The notes beneath the pieces are model-generated. The model was not told where the DNA came from, did no database searches, and was given only the letters and a program-made list of their open reading frames with translations. Position numbers and translations under genes: made by a program. A stretch of DNA of 33,103 nt from Spirogloea muscicola (lineage: Eukaryota), in contig WELB01000012.1 of the NCBI GenBank assembly GCA_009602725.1, positions 134,775 through 167,877 on the forward strand, read 5' to 3'. Shown here piece by piece: positions 31,985 to 33,103 of the stretch (positions are counted from its first letter, which is position 1; each line of letters opens with the position of its first letter).

Positions 31985-33086
31985 TTAGCGTTCATTCCGC
32001 AGGCTGCTGGCATGACAATCGTTGCACAAGCTGCTCAGGTCAATGGCACGTAGTCTGACACAAGCAACAGGTCGGTGCTGTGCTTTATCAGTGCTGCGAA
32101 GGATGGTAGGTGGCACCATGGAAAGCTGCTTCATACTTATGTGGGTCAGGCAGCAACCATCCAAGATCACAAGGACCGAACCACTGCAGGAGCACAACCG
32201 CTAATGGCATGCGCACTTGCCCTACCAGATATAGTCTCAGGTGGCCTCATCACTGGTAACTGGGTCGGCGTGCAATATGGTTTAGGCTCACCTGTGGTGA
32301 TGCACCATCTGCCAGACGTCCGCATGGTGCTCAAAGCAGTTGGTGACCATGAGGGGGTCGATGGCTGTGTTGACCACCTCCTTGGCAGTGACCCATGCCA
32401 TGTCGCCCATGACGCGTATGCGCACGTCCAACAGCTGCACGTCGTACCGCTGCGCCCAACTGAAGATGGCGCACCAGCTCTCCATGACAGCGTCGTATCC
32501 AGAAATGAGCTCGCGTCCAGGGTGGATGCACTTGACGTAGTCAGCATTGCGCCACAGGGCGGCCATGCCGCGCACACACTTGGCGCGGAAGTGGCAGTAG
32601 AAGCGCTCATTGGCCTCGCGCACCGCCAGCGTCTCGGCATAGTGCACCTTCCATCCGCCTGGCGGCCGGGCGTTGCCCTCGTCGCCGCAGAAGTCCTGCT
32701 CATTGCCAGGTTAACGCAAGCAGCTCTGAGCTGCTCCAAGTCTCAAGGGCATGCTTGCAGGGCTTCGTACAACGAAGTCTACTGGCAGCCTCGCTAGAGG
32801 GGGTTTAACAACAGGCCGCAGCGAAGCCCCAAGGAGCGTGCAGCGAACGGGGCCTGGATGGAGAGAAGGGGACCTTGCAGAAGAGGGCGCGCCAGGCTGC
32901 GTCGTCGTTGGCGGCGCGGCGCATGACCGAGTTGGTCATGGAGAGCTGGCAGAGGCTGCGGAAGTCCAGGTAGCTGAGCGCGTGGTTGGTTACCTCGGGC
33001 ACCAGCTGCTCCATGATGGACGGCTGCGCCGTGGCGGCGGCGGCGGCGGCGACGACGACGGAGCCGCTGCCGCCGTCGGCGGGCAT
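31985..33086 (-). CDS. SKIP8: F-box protein with C-terminal SnoaL/NTF2-like domain (SKIP8-like); exons 33086-32874, 32695-32292, short last exon ending 31985
   Basis: MEQLVPEVTNHALSYLDFRSLCQLSMTNSVMRRAANDDAAWRAL, LWRNADYVKCIHP, DMAWVT, TNCFEHH..VWQMVHHHS match plant SKIP8 as I recall it. The last acceptor is ambiguous, but both candidates share the stop at 31985. Confidence 0.88.
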
Positions 33087-33103
33087 GGCCTTGGCCGCGC
33101 CCG

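Noticed and set aside
32075..32797. 240-aa plus-strand ORF
   Set aside because: Antisense shadow of SKIP8-like exon 2.

Overview
Gene-dense, intron-rich eukaryotic nuclear DNA with plant-like proteins. My inference is a streptophyte green alga (e.g. a zygnematophycean), but the sequence alone cannot prove this. Eight host genes can be reconstructed: TOM9/TOM22 (+), an MKK4/5-like MAP kinase kinase (-), 40S ribosomal protein SA/uS2 (+), an ARID-HMG protein (+, 5' end in an N gap), a 14-exon SUT2/SUC3-type sucrose transporter (+), an unassigned coiled-coil gene (-), a Tousled-like kinase (+, last intron apparently GC-AG) and a SKIP8-like F-box protein (-). The most interesting signal is intergenic: about a dozen 5'-truncated 3'-end fragments of one diverse family of RLE-type (CRE-like) non-LTR retrotransposons. 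They share the C-terminal peptide ~RLSxSLQR..A..LH..AGRAL...SGF..G...SLSDL..LTRxY*, a conserved GGCTG-loop-CAGCC hairpin and a second ~65-nt 3'UTR motif. By eye they pile up only just upstream of gene starts, and they are nested in each other. One insertion has a clean 7-bp target-site duplication with an uninterrupted homologue elsewhere in the window, and three copies end at the same non-poly(A) terminus (...GAGAGCCACTTCTTCT). This suggests a self-nesting, promoter-proximal element, which remains a hypothesis. All alignments and splice calls were made by eye, without database searches.
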